This document shows, in pieces, positions 44,531-59,690 of a stretch of DNA of 64,000 bases. How positions within the stretch are numbered: position 1 is the stretch's first letter; each line of letters begins with the position of its first letter. This DNA is from Tubiluchus corallicola (taxonomy: Eukaryota; Animalia; Priapulida). The stretch is taken from positions 78,516-142,515 of the forward strand of contig JAQGDQ010000556.1 in NCBI GenBank assembly GCA_030141605.1, written 5' to 3'. Below the pieces are notes generated by a model that saw only the letters and a list, made by a program, of their open reading frames with translations, was not told where the DNA came from and did not search any database. Position numbers and translations under genes: made by a program.

Positions 44531-46819
44531 TTCAGTTTTTTGTTTTTTTTAATTTGTGTCTGAATAAAGTAGTAGAGTTAGTCTTTGAAGTTTATACGTA
44601 ATTGTAGTCGTTAAAAATATTATGGATGTAAATTTTCTTGTTGTTTACAAAGATTTCCTGTAAATTTCAAGTGTTTGTACAGCAAAAAGCATTTTTAAAT
44701 GGATTTTAGGCATTAAAATTGTTGTTGTTGTTGTTGTTGTTGTTGCTGCTGTTGTTGTTGCTGTTGTTGTTGTTGTTATTATTATCCACACAATTTTTAT
44801 GTGATTATATATTTGTTTATTGAAACACCATTAGATGTTGGGCTGCCGTCCGCTGATAGCAGAGGCAGGACGGATGGCACCGCGGCCCACACCGTACGGC
44901 ATATCTTAATTACGTCATTCAACTCCTCACCCTTAAACAAAAATTGAATAATAGAGTCAGTCGAAATACGAAATGAAAATTTATTATTGAATATTACACT
45001 TTAAATAGGGAATGACCAGCTTACCTACAGGAACAAAGTTTGCGACAAAAGCCAGAGAAATGTGAACAGAGCTGCACATGCTACGAAAGACACGACCACT
45101 GACAAGGGTCTACAGCAGACCTTCCATTTTTAAAAGCTCAAGGATGCACGTGACTAGTGACCTTTACTAACACAAGGTCAGAATATGAGTCTGTGATAGA
45201 TGAAGCCACGTTCACATGCACAACGGAGAAGTCTACTGGATTTCCTTGCCAACATTACATTTCATTTCCTCAATCTTAGCCCTGAAGTACAATAGAAACA
45301 AATAACGTGTCAGCTGCGAATAAACATAGCATATTAAATCAACAGTGAGAGTCGTTTACTGCAAACAAAATCCTCTTAAAAAGGAACATTGTGGCTCGAG
45401 ATTATAAGACGTTGCAGTTAATTCATACAAGATGTACTGGAAATCTTGCATTAGCGTACTTGGCGGCCTTCGCTTGTTGTTGGCTTTGGCCACCTTGTGG
45501 TGATTTTTGGCCTAATCACGTGATCAATTTGATCTGGATCAGAGGCCTATTGTGAAGTGAAGACGTGTCATGATAAGTTAATAAGATATTGTCGTTATCT
45601 GTTTACAATTGCTCATGATTTGGGGCTAACAACGTATGTATATCCTGAATTACTTAAAAAAAACTTAAATTTAGTTTAAAATAACAGCTAGGTATTAATT
45701 AATACGATAGTGTAGCGTATGACTCTTAATTATGTAAAATTGACTTTTGGCTAATGTTATTTTTTCGTTATTTGTTTATTTGCTATTTTTTGGCACTAAT
45801 TTCTTATTATGTTTAGTTGGAATAATATGTTCCGGGTAATAAAGAGCAAAGAAAGAGTCAAATTTAATCGAAGCTTCGAATTTCTGTTTGGTTTTGAAAA
45901 CCCAAACAGAAGTGATAAAAATAATTATCACAACCATGTTGCACATAGGAGTAATAATAACTCAAATTCCAATTCCATTCAATTTTTTATGAGGCTGACT
46001 CCAGAAAAAGTACAATATTCTTACATAATTAGATATCTTGTCTTATCGTTTATCTCGTTAAAACGAGACAAATTTATCCGCATTGTCGTTTGGTATGACA
46101 GAGAACGAATTTTGATAAAAAAAATTAAAATTATTAAGAAGTGTCAAAGTAAAAATAATTCGTTGTATTGGTTGTGTATAGCTGATTATTAGTGTTTTAG
46201 GAATGGCAAAACTATGAGGAGGTCAGATTACAAAACTACGCGTTTATTAAACATCAAACACAATAAATATAACAGATAGTAATGCCAAGCCCCCTGATCT
46301 ATCCTGCTTTCCTTCAGCTCCCAGACTCAATCCCCTGATCTAGCGTGCTCTCCTTCAGCTCCCAGACTCAATCCCCTGAGCTGGGCGCATCACAAGGCTT
46401 ATATCTCGTGTGCCGAGCTTCGACGCCTCGATTCTGAATCACTTGCTCACGTGACACCACTCCTTAACTGGCTTCATACCAGCATTCATCAACATAATTA
46501 TCTATCATAATCTAACGCTTTTAACATAGTTTAACAGGTTCTCTTTACTGTCACTCATTCTGATAACGTGGATATTTCATGACTAAGTGCACGTTCATAC
46601 AGTGCAGTAAACCCACCAACGTTACACATTCTCTGACGGGTTCAAAGAAAATCTTGAATTAGCGATAATTATGGAATCGTAGGAGAAGCAAACTGAATTT
46701 CCGGCGGGGAGGAGCGTAAAACATGGTAACGATATTATACCTTGTCTCACTCGTCTTTTTACACGTATTGATTAACACTGCTCCAATACTGGAGATAAAC
46801 GTGCTACAAACCGTGTATA

Positions 46820-47260
46820 CGTATATAACTTTGACCAGAGAGTGTGCCCTGTGAGTTTTGCGTCCCTATCACTCAGCCTGTAAAAAGTCACAAATTGGGG
46901 GACCCCAAATTTTGCATTTTGGCCCCTCACTCGGGCGTTTAAAGCTTGTCAGTTTTTTAAAACCCCAGGTGCACGTCTGCCCCACAGTACCAAAATATGG
47001 AAAAAAACGAAATTCCTAGGAGGAGTTGAATTATACTGGAGAAGGAAAAACTGACCAACGCCCACTGTCCTTTCCCCCTTGACTAGTGGTCAGCGATTGT
47101 TATACAATTGTACGTCCACCGCCTAGGGCTACCAACCCTGCGAGTTTGGTGACCCAAGCTTGCAAAACAGCGGAGTTATTAAGCGTTATTAAGTGGCAGA
47201 GAATGAATAATTAAATATCTCAATGAAAAACAGTAAGATTTTGCTATGGCAAAATTAACC
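46820..47260 (+). mobile_element. Helitron/Helentron-associated (HINE-like) non-autonomous repeat
   Basis: ccctgcgagtttggtgac-type modules, 3' aaaaacagtaag followed by short hairpin gattttgc-tatg-gcaaaatt; partial second copy at 51684-51890. Confidence 0.4.
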
Positions 47261-47579
47261 ATTATAATGAAAAAACCCTCGCTTTTATGTTAAATTTGAA
47301 TTTAAACAGTTGCCCCATCAGCACTGCTTTGTTTATTCTCTAGAACGTTCGTTTAAGTTTGAAAATAATGGAAAATGGACTTCATTAGCGATTGTTTCAA
47401 ATGTTAAGAGAACAATTTCACTAATGCAGTGGTAAAGTTTAGTGAGGTAAGTCCAGAATGACCAAGAGAAAAGTATGTGGTATAGCGAAGAACATGTACT
47501 TCACAGGCTCAAAATATTATGATTGCGAAATAGAAAGTCTACTGCAGTTACACGTTGTAATGAAATAGCTATTTCTACA

Positions 47580-48542
47580 ATGGGGGCTTTATTAAATTCT
47601 ATTAACCCTAGATGTGATTCTAAATTTTGGGCTCTAATGTGGCTGAACTTTCTTCTGCTTTACATTGAAACTTACGGGTTTAGTTCATCCGATGCGGAAA
47701 AATCTGGTGAAATTTCTCCAAACGTTTGTGCTTTTGCCCGTCCAATTGACAAAGTTCAGATGGAATTTGAAATTGATAGAGGAAGATTCGTTGATCGTGG
47801 TTCACATGAAACGTGTCCCGTTGGTACAGAAACAATCTGCAAGGAAGACTGCGGTAAGTTCTACTTTGTGGAAGAACAGTCTGATCTTAATCTGGAATCT
47901 TCCCGGTATGTAGGATGGAATGAATTGAAAGACTGTGGTATCGAAATCAAGAAACCATTTTGCCTTCTGGAGATTTTCAATGACGATGAGAAGCTAACGC
48001 GATGTCGTGTTGCCTCAGTCTACCTGAAAGTATTGGAAGATACTCGTCTTGTTCAACAAAGAAGTTCAGCATCTGAGAGGCAAAATATTAACGCGTTTAA
48101 AGGGGCAAAGAGAATAAAACGACGTGGTGGAGAAACTGGTAGAGAGAGATGGAATCTTGCAGACGAATCCTGTAAACATTTTACTGTTTGTAAGAACATG
48201 TGTGACCACAATTGTGAGACGAAGAGGGAGACGCAGAAGGAGAAGGAACAATGTAGGAATTGGTGCCCAAGAGCCTGCAAAGTCCGTAAAAGGTGCATCT
48301 GTGAGTGTGATAGTAAGTGTGGCGATGTTCTCTCATGTACGAAAGGCTGTCAAGATTTCTGTGCTTGCGTATTGGAGCGCAAGATGCAATGCCCTGAATG
48401 TAAGGAAAAATGTAAAGACCACGAGAATCATCATGGATGTATTCAAGGTTGTGCACATCATGATGATAAGACATCAGGGAAATGCTATAATAATAGTGTA
48501 GCTTTCTGCAACGAGATGTTTGCAACAACAACAACAACAACA

Positions 48543-48588
<46 letters not shown>

Positions 48589-49484
48589 ACAAACCTTGTA
48601 AACATTTTACTGTTTGTAAGAACATGTGTGACCACAATTGTGGGACGAAGAGGGAGACGCAGAAGGAGAAGGAACAATGTAGGAATTGGTGCCCAAGAGC
48701 CTGCAAAGTCCGTGAAAGGTGCGTCTGTGAGTGTGATAGTAAGTGTGGCAATGTTCTCTCATGTACGAAAGGCTGTCAAGATTTCTGTGCTTGCGTATTG
48801 GAGCGCAAGATGCAATGCCCTGAATGTAAGGAAAAATGTAAAGACCACGAGAATCATCATGGATGTATTCAAGGTTGTGCACATCATGATGATAAGACAT
48901 CAGGGAAATGCTATAATAATAGTGTAGCTTTCTGCAACGAGATGTTTGCAACAACAACAACAACAACAACTACAACAACAACAACAACACTGCCTATATA
49001 TGTTGTTCGGTGCCAGAGTGAGTGTAGATCTCTGTGTTTTGCTGTCAAGGACCCGCAAACGTGCAAGACCATCTGCGAGCAAAATTGCATAGAAAGATAC
49101 AGAACGACTACAACACCTACCAGACGGCGACGGCAAGCATCAGTTGGAGACTGTGACAACTGTCAGCCAACGTGTGCAAACTGCGGTGTGAAACATGCAG
49201 CTAATGCAAAAAACAGTAATAAACGCAAAATAAAATACGAAGCTTCAAATCATACTCTCCCGGATATAATGAAGTTCTCATTTGTTAACTTGAGTTACAC
49301 TGAAGCAGAAAAGGACGTATTCAGTTTTATAAAAGATTCATACACTGTCTTCCACTATAATGTAAATTTCACATTTCATTCAGCAATACTTGCTGAAGGG
49401 ATACTCGTGTGCCCTTCAAAAAACTGGTTGAACAATTACCGCCTCTTTATGCAAATTCGGAAATGTAACTGCCAACCTGTATAA
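47580..49484 (+). CDS. Intronless secreted Cys-rich precursor, paralogue A (634 aa; two 22-Cys modules)
   Basis: Long ORF; hydrophobic N-terminal segment FWALMWLNFLLLYIETYG; RIKRR and RRRR basic sites; CxxxC-rich modules at 48171 and 48597; poly-Thr linkers; AATAAA at 49757. Confidence 0.85.
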
Positions 49485-50129
49485 TCACCAACAAAGGGTG
49501 AGGAAGCGAATTAGGTAAACCACAAAAAAGAGGTAAAAAAAAAAAGTGCTAGTTCCTTCTATGAAACGAATTACCTTTAAACGCAATACTCATATAAATT
49601 CATTTCGTTTCATATCTGCTGTTAACAGCCTAATTCTTTACTGATAACTTTCGTTGTGTTGCAGACCAGTTACAGACTTCATGTTAATTGCATCTGAATC
49701 GCTGTCTTTGATATCAATCCTTTAACAGAAACCATTCAAGGAAAGAAAGATTTTGTAATAAAAGTGCAATAAGCACCTCGTGTAATTAGTAAAATCATTT
49801 TAAAGTCACGATCATAGACACTCGGATGCTTCCATTTTGAATGCCCATTTTTCCACCAATGACGTAGTTTTATCGGCTGAAGAAAAGCAATTCTCTATAA
49901 AAGCATAATAAGTATTTACAAAAATTAGACGGTTAATTTAGTGATATTTTCGCATGAAGTAAGCTGCAGAAGTCTCAAATACGTTAAGCAGCCCATGGTT
50001 ACACAAAGCCACAACGCCCTTGCAAAAAGTCACGAAGTTCACTTGTCACGTCATAAGGAAACTGGTGAAGTTTCAAACAGGTTAAGCAGCCCATGCTTAC
50101 AGAAAGCCACAATGCTCTTGCTAAAAGTC

Positions 50130-50480
50130 ACAAAATTCACGAGTCACATAAAGAAACTGGCGGAGTTTCAAATGAATGGTAGCTGCCACCTGGAATGAAA
50201 TTTCTATTTGCGGCAGTATTTCTCCCAATCCTCTTCCTCCGTCAATACCACCTAATCCATCACCCCTCCTAGGCTTTCTCCACCAATTCCTCCTAATCCC
50301 ACTTTATTACCACCTCCAATAGCTTCCCTGTCCACACCTCTGCCAATACTCTCAATCCACCACCTCCTCCGAAACTATTACCACCACTAATACCATCCAG
50401 TCCACCTCCTCTCCCAATGACCCCTATTCCTCCTCCATCAATACCACTCAGTCCACTTCCTCCATTAAATGATTACTATA
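50130..50480 (-). pseudogene. Frameshifted Gly-rich (GGLGG-type) protein remnant, copy 1
   Basis: Minus-strand SFNGGSGLSGIDGGGIG... / GIGRGVDREAIGGGNKVGLGGIGG... split across frames. Confidence 0.4.
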
Positions 50481-52263
50481 TTTTTTGACAGTTTTCCAAA
50501 TTTGTTTGTTACATTTTTTAAGTTTAACCCGGATATTCCTGGATAACTTGAAGTCATCCTCCGGGACATTGTTATAATAAATTGCATTGAATTTAATAAT
50601 TTTGCTGTTGGTTGTGGTTTTTCTTGCCATATTTAAAGATTTTTTAGATAAACCGGGACTTGAAGATGGTATAAAATAGTTACGTAGCCACATAACAGAT
50701 AGACTGTGCTAGCACAAGTCTTGTACTAACTTAATAGACTGTGCTATAAAAAAGAGTCAATAAACCTTCTGGAACACTCGACTGGCAATATTCTTAATTA
50801 TCTAACTTCGGCCGACATTTCAAATTACGTGAATCCAACAAGATTAGCAATTTCACACGAATAAATTAATATACGTACCGTTAGCAATACACTTTTTCAA
50901 CCCATAAATCGTTATTAGTAGAAGAAAACGTTTATTTTTAATTAGCCGGGTTTGCTCCCTAAATTTCCATTCAAGCATTTCAATATTTTCTTTTATTTTG
51001 TTCAGAATGTTAAGAAAATTATTAAGATTGCAATAGGGTAATTAAAAATGAGATAGCACACAGTCTAACACTTCTGGTTTCTTACATTTTAATTTCATCA
51101 CGTTGCAATAGATGGCGCAACGTCCCCAGTGTACAATGGCGCAAGAAAACGCAGAACATAGTTAACAGCTGTGGACAAACTGGAGATTTCCAGGTTTATT
51201 GTGACTCTGTCGACATAAATGAACAAACAAATAAAAATCGATTGTAAACATTTTTTTAATCGACACAATACCATATTTGTCTTTAAAATTCGCTATACTT
51301 TCAAAATCTATCAGAATTCCTATAATACTAGAAATTCTGGTATGCCAAATTTTTATCTATAATTTATGCTAATGTAGTTATTGACAGTTTAATAATTTAT
51401 TGAGTTTTCACGAGGCCGGCTGTAACAATGGCACCAGAAGCTTGCAGACTTGCAGTAATAGTGGCTTCAAAGGTTTTCAGTAACAATTACTTCAGAGGCT
51501 TGCAGTAACAATCAGTAAATTTTGATTATAAGTTTACCACAGGTTATTTAGTACAGTCTCATACAGTACTAGCCTAATTACTTCCATGCTAGGCTAGTGG
51601 ACAACCCCATTCTAAATAGATGTCATTAATCAAAGCATTTATAGGTCCTAGAAGAAATAGACGTCTTATACGAGTCAAGGAATGGAAAAACTGATCAACG
51701 CCCACTGTCTTTCCACCCTTGACCAGTGGTCAGAGGTTGCTGTACGATTGTACGTCCACCCAGGGCTACCAACCCTGCGAGTTTGGTGACCCTAGCTGGC
51801 AAGGCTTACGAGCTATTAAGCGTTAAAGTAGCGGAGAATAAATAATAAATATCTCAATGTAAAACAGTAGGATAATTTCTATAGTAAAATCTTAATTAAC
51901 CAATGAAAAAAACTTACTTTTATGTTAAATTTGACTTTAAAGAGTTACCCTATCAGCAATGGTTTGTTTATTCTCTAGAACTTTCATTTAAGTTTGGTTT
52001 ATTATTCAAACTTAGAAAGTTCATAAAAATAATGAAAATGGAACTACATTAGCGATTGTTTTCAAATTGGTTCAATTGTTAAGAGAACAATTTCACTAAT
52101 GTAGCTGTAACGTTTAGTGAGTCAAGTCTAGAATGACCAAGAGTCTGGTATAGTAAAGAATATGCACTAGGCAGGTTAAAAATCCCTAGTAATCAAAATA
52201 TGATGATTGTGAAATAGAAAATCTAGTGCAATTAAACATTGTAATCAAAAAGCTATTTCAACA

Positions 52264-53901
<1,638 letters not shown>

Positions 53902-54401
53902 TCACCAACAAAGGGTGAGGATGCGAATTAGGTAAACCACAAAAAAGAGGTAAAAAGGAAAAAAGTGCTAGTTCCTTCTATGAAACGAATTACCTTTAAA
54001 CGCAAGACTCATATAAATTCATTTCGTTTCATATCTGCTGTTAACAGCCGAATTCTTTACTGATAATTTTCGTTGTGTTGCAGACCAGTTACAGACTTCA
54101 TGTTAATTGCATCTGAATCGCTGCTTTTGATATCAATCCTTTAACAGAAACCATTCAAGGAAAGAAGGATTTTGTAATAAAAGTGCAATAAGCACCTCGT
54201 GTAATTAGTAAAATCATTTTAAAGTCACGATCATAGACACTCTGGTGCTTCCATTTTGAATGCCCATTTTTCCACCAATGACGTAGTTTATCGGTGGAAG
54301 AAAAGCAATTCTCTATAAAAGCATAATACGTATTTACAAAAATTAGACGGTTAATTTAGCGATATTTTTACATGAAGTAAGCTGCAGAAGTTTCAAACAG
54401 G

Positions 54402-54790
54402 TTAAGCAGCCCATGCTTTCAGAAAGCCACAATGCCCTTGCAAAAAGTCACGAATTTGGTGAAGTTTCAAATGAATGGTAGCTGCCCCCTGGAATGAAAT
54501 TTCTATTTGCGGCAGTATTTCTCCCAATCCTCTTCCTCCGTCAATACCACCTAATCCACCACCCCCTCCTAGGATTTCTCCACCAATTCCTCCTAATCCC
54601 ACTTTATTACCACCTCCAATAGCTTCCCTGTCCACACCTCTGCCAATACCCTCAATCCACCACCTCCTCTGAAACTATTACCACCACTAATACCATCCAG
54701 TCCGCCTCCTCTCCCAATGACCCCTATTCCTCCTCCATCAATACCACTCAGTCCACTTCCTCCATTAAATGATTACTATATTTTTTTGAC
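54402..54790 (-). pseudogene. Frameshifted Gly-rich protein remnant, copy 2
   Basis: ORF-track peptide GGGNKVGLGGIGGEILGGGGGLGGIDGGRGLG plus upstream Gly-rich stretch in another frame. Confidence 0.4.
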
Positions 54791-57700
54791 AGTTTTCCAA
54801 ATTTGTTTGTTACATTTTTTAAGTTTAACCTGGATATTCCTGGATAACTTGAAGTCATCCTCCGGGACGCTGTTATAATAAATTGCAATGAATTTAATAA
54901 TTTTGCTGTTAGTTGTGGTTTTTTCGTGTCATATTTAAAGTCCAGATTTTTTAGATAAACCGGGACTTGAAGACGGTGTAAAATAGTTACGTAGACATAT
55001 AACAGATAGACTGTGCTAGCACAAGTCTAGTACTAACCTAATAAACTGTTCTAGAAAAAAGAGTAAATAAACCTTCTGGAACATTCGACTGGCAATATTC
55101 TTAATTATCTAACTTCGGCCGACATTTAAAATTACGTGAATCCAACAAGATTAGCAATTTCACACGAATAAATTAATATATGTACCGCTAGCAATACTCT
55201 TTTTTCAACCCATAAATCGTTATTAGTAGAAGAAAACGTTTATTTTTAATTAGCCGGGTTTAACTCCCTAAATTTCTATTCAAGTGTTTCAATATTTTCT
55301 TTTATTTTGTTCAGAGTGTTAAGAAAATTATTAAAATTGCAATAGAGTAATTAAAAATGAGATAGCACACAGTCTAACACTTCTGGTTTCTTCATTTTAA
55401 TTTCATTACCTTGCAATAGATGGCGCAACGTACCCAGTGCACAATGATTTCCAGAAAATGCAGAACCTGTGCAGCGGTTGTGGACAAACTGGATTTTTCG
55501 AGGTTTATTGTGACTCTGCCGACATAAATGAACAAACTAATAAAAATCGATTGTAAACGTTTTTTTAATTGACACAATACCATATTTGTCTTCAAACTTC
55601 GCTATACATTCAAAATCTATCAGAATTCCTATAATACTAGAAATTCTGGTATGCCAAATTTTTATCTATAGTTTATGCTAATGTAGTTATTGACGGTTTA
55701 ATAATTTATTGAGTTTTCATGTTATACGACATGTTGCAAATCAATGAACATCAATAATCGAAACAATAATCCAACAATGGACTGTACATAACTTGAACAT
55801 AAGTGCAAAATAAAATTACAGAAAAAGAATCATTAATTGTAACCTGCATACATAATTGACTAATTTAGCCATAATTATACATTGAAGAAATTTACTATTA
55901 CATTCTAGTTAACAGAGTCTCACTAAGCTACATGTTTTTTTACTAAAGTCTTCAAGTCAACGCTCTATGTCTTTATTTTCACAGTGAACATGAATTTGTG
56001 TAACTGCGACCTGATGTTTTACTTATTCGCCGCACGATGGCAGCACGCGCAAGTGTTTGCGCAAAGTCTCTGATATGCGCGACGAGTCACAACAGAATGA
56101 AATGCGTATAATAATGGTCTCAGTTGTCTGCAATGCCAGAAGCGATGACTTCTGTTGAATTGTGCGTGCAACACCTGTGACTTGTGCAGAGTGTCTGACT
56201 CCAATCGCAATTATTAGTTCTACCCAGTGTTAATAACCGGAAACATTTGTTAGTTATTCAGGTTTTAGAGGCACTGACTTCGAGGCATGTGAGTTTTGTG
56301 AAAGTCGAATTGGTTACGTAACGCTGAAGTTAACACTTTTGTTTGTGAGACATAAGAAATTTTGATACATTTGGTGGGTTCACGCTGCTGACTGTACAGA
56401 GTTTTTCAATTTTTTGCTGGTTGAAAAGCACATACCATAGATTTTTAAAGACAAGATCTTGTTTCTGTGAAGGTATCTGAAAAAAGTTACACTTGTTACT
56501 GTGTGTGTGTTGTTGCTACCAATACTGAATTAAAAAAATTGAGTTCACTTCAGAAGAATACTATATCTACCGGTTTTAGCATACAGAATATTTGTGCGTT
56601 TATAGGAATATCGGAATCAAGTGTCTGAAAGCTTCACGAATATTGATATCTACTCTTCGGTAAGTGTACATTTACCAATTCTGTTCTCGCGAATGAAATT
56701 GATTAATCCTGAGTAATAAGTCACTTCATTTACTGAAATTGAAAACATGCGTCTGCATTTAACACGCTTTAGCGATTGCTGTTAGTTATTTATCAGGGAT
56801 TCTGTAGTTCGACCCATGGCTTGATTCATTTATTCATTTACAATACCAAAGTGCACGTGTAGAACATTTTTTTAGAACATTTTTTATTTTCTCCAATTAG
56901 TTTAACATCAAAAGTTTTTTAAATATGAAGTAATTATAATCATGGAGCAGGGCAGGGAAGTACCATAGGGTCATCTAGTCTTCTGCCCTTTCTTATAAGT
57001 AGATTAGTCTATTAAAAATTAACGGTAATGCTGCAGATAGACATATAGACATAGAACATGACACAGGATGCAATTATTGTTAATTACTTAAATAAGCTAA
57101 TCAAAATAAAGCAATAAAAAAAGCAAAAATATAAAAACAAACATAACAACAATAGCATAAGTGAAAAAAAAGAATAATAATAAATGAAGATGATGAATAA
57201 GTATCACAATAATTAGTTATGTAATTTATGTAGATTTCCCATATTGAAGATGTAGGCATACTCAACAATGTATTTTATAACAGTACGAAAAGCACACGTC
57301 GCTAAAACATGAAAACGCAGTTTAGTACCAAAAGAAAATTCGTAAAGTTTTAACGCAAACTTAATTCTTACAGGCAAGAATAGTGGTGATGAGAAAATTA
57401 AACACGCAAAGGAAAACATGCATTTCAGGGATTTTTTTCATTAATTGTGTTGCGTTCACTTAATTAATTGACAAATTAATAGTTCTCCCTATGTTTTGTA
57501 GTAACATCCAGGACAAGTTACGAAAGAATTAAGAAGCCAAAATGATCATTTTTATATGGTTTCTTATAAAAAATTGTTCCAGAGATGATTATGTAGTGAA
57601 ACGACAGTTTTCTTATCTTTGTCTCAACGTGTCAACTTTTTAATATATATATATATATATCGAATAATATATATGTATCCAATAATATATGTATCGAAAA

Positions 57701-59132
57701 ACATATAAAATATATAATAAACACACACATATATATATATATATATATGTGTGTGAGTTTATTATTCCATGTTTTTCTATACGTGTTGTAGGTTTTCCTA
57801 TACGTCTTATAACGTGAACAATGATGGTGTGAACAAAATGGTGTGAAACTACTTTACGTAGTCTTGCGTTTAATTGTGTAATAATTAAGCGACCAGTTGC
57901 AGCAGCCAAAGCAAAACATTTGATTTTGAAATCTAGTACTAAGATTGTGCTTTGAGTTCTAATAATCATTTGCAAAAATAATGCAGTTTTTTGTGAAACT
58001 TTTATAAGATCTATGACTACTTTTTTCAATCTCTTCCTCAGTTTAATACTGATCATTTTCAACTCCTGATTGAACAATAATTCTGGCTTCACAGAATCTG
58101 CGGCTTCTCTAACCATCCCTAGAGGTTTCGTGTACCTCCTAACTAACTGCCCGAAGCGTTTCTATTGAATTCTCCACAATCATGTCGTCTGCTATAGATT
58201 AATTACATTTTTACGAAACAAGCAAATCCCGCGTGAGAGAGCATCAAATTATGTTATTGATATATTCAGCTAACTTTGTTATTCTCATTATGCAAATTTT
58301 CAATGGCGGGAAATTGTGAGCGTTACTCTACTAAATGCTTCCGTTTTTGCTTAATTTTTGTCGCGAACACAATGGCGCTAGATTAATAGCACGTTGTTAG
58401 TATATATACGGAATTGAATTTGAGATTAGAGAAGAATTAACAATTTAGTCATTGCGGTATTGTTGTAACGTGCGAGAGGTTCATTTTCACTTGTAATCAA
58501 TAAAGATTGGATTAGTGTCTTTATCAAAAACAGTTTTCATTGCCAATGTCGTTCAGCTTGAAGTAACAGTGAATTCAGGGTCGTACAGTAACAATGACAT
58601 CAAGGGCCTTCACTAATAGAGGTTTCATAGGCTTGCAGTAACAATGAAATTTAGAGGCCTGCACTAACTGTGACATCAGAGGCTTGTTGTAACAATGACA
58701 TCAGAAGCTTGCAGACTTGCAGTAATACTGGCTTCAAAGCTTTCCAGTAACAATGACTCAAGAAGCCTGTAGTAACAATGAAGAGACTTGCAGTAACAAT
58801 CAGTAAATTTTGATTATAACTTTACGACAGGTTATTTAGTACAGTCTCATATAGTAATAGCCTAATTACTTGCATGTTAGGCTAGTGGACAACCCCCATT
58901 CTAAATAAATGTCATTAATCAAGGCATTTATAGGTCCTAGAAGAAATAGACGTCTTATACGAGTCATTAAGACCTATAATCATGCATTGATTAATGAAAT
59001 AGTTCATGTAGTACACTAAATATAGCGAAGTCGCATTTGTAAGGTTGATCTTCTTAAGGGGCAGTACGTTCTGCTAAGCTTACTTTGACAATGTAGTGTT
59101 TTGATTTGATGGTTTCAGAAATTATCATGAGG

Positions 59133-59279
59133 ATCTCTCTCTCTCTCTCTCTCTCTCGTTCGTTCTTTCTCTCTCTCCCTCTATCTGTAAGCTTAGTGTT
59201 TGTAATAAACATTATTTGATTTTTCCATACTGTACAGTTGTGTTTATAGTATCTCTCTCTCTCTCCCCTCGCTCTCTCC

Positions 59280-59329
<50 letters not shown>

Positions 59330-59411
59330 TTCTCTCTCTCTCTCTCTCCCTCTCTTTCTCGTTCTCTTTCTTTTCCCTTCTCTCTCTCTCTCTCTCTCTC
59401 TCCCTCTTCTC

Positions 59412-59485
<74 letters not shown>

Positions 59486-59690
59486 CTCTCTCTCTCTCTT
59501 TCTCTCATCTCTCTCCCTCTTTCTCTCTTTTTCTCTCTCTCTCCCTTTCTCTCTCTCTCTCCTCTCCTCTCATTCTCTCTCTTTGTCTCATCTCTTTCCC
59601 CCTTTCTCTCTTTTTCACTTTCTCTCCTCTTCTCTTTCTCTCTCACTCGCTCTCTTTCTCTCGGTTCTCTTTCGTTCTCCTTGTTATATG
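59133..59690. repeat. Degenerate (CT)n low-complexity block
   Basis: Direct inspection; shares flank ccatactgtacagttgtgtttatagtat with 63372. Confidence 0.95.

Noticed and set aside
50520-50690. Possible Penelope-type hammerhead motifs (gaggatgac, cttgaagatgg)
   Set aside because: Catalytic CUGANGA...GAAA core and stems could not be completed
57640-58116. 158-aa minus-strand ORF
   Set aside because: No recognisable motif, runs into a (TA)n tract, no supporting splice structure
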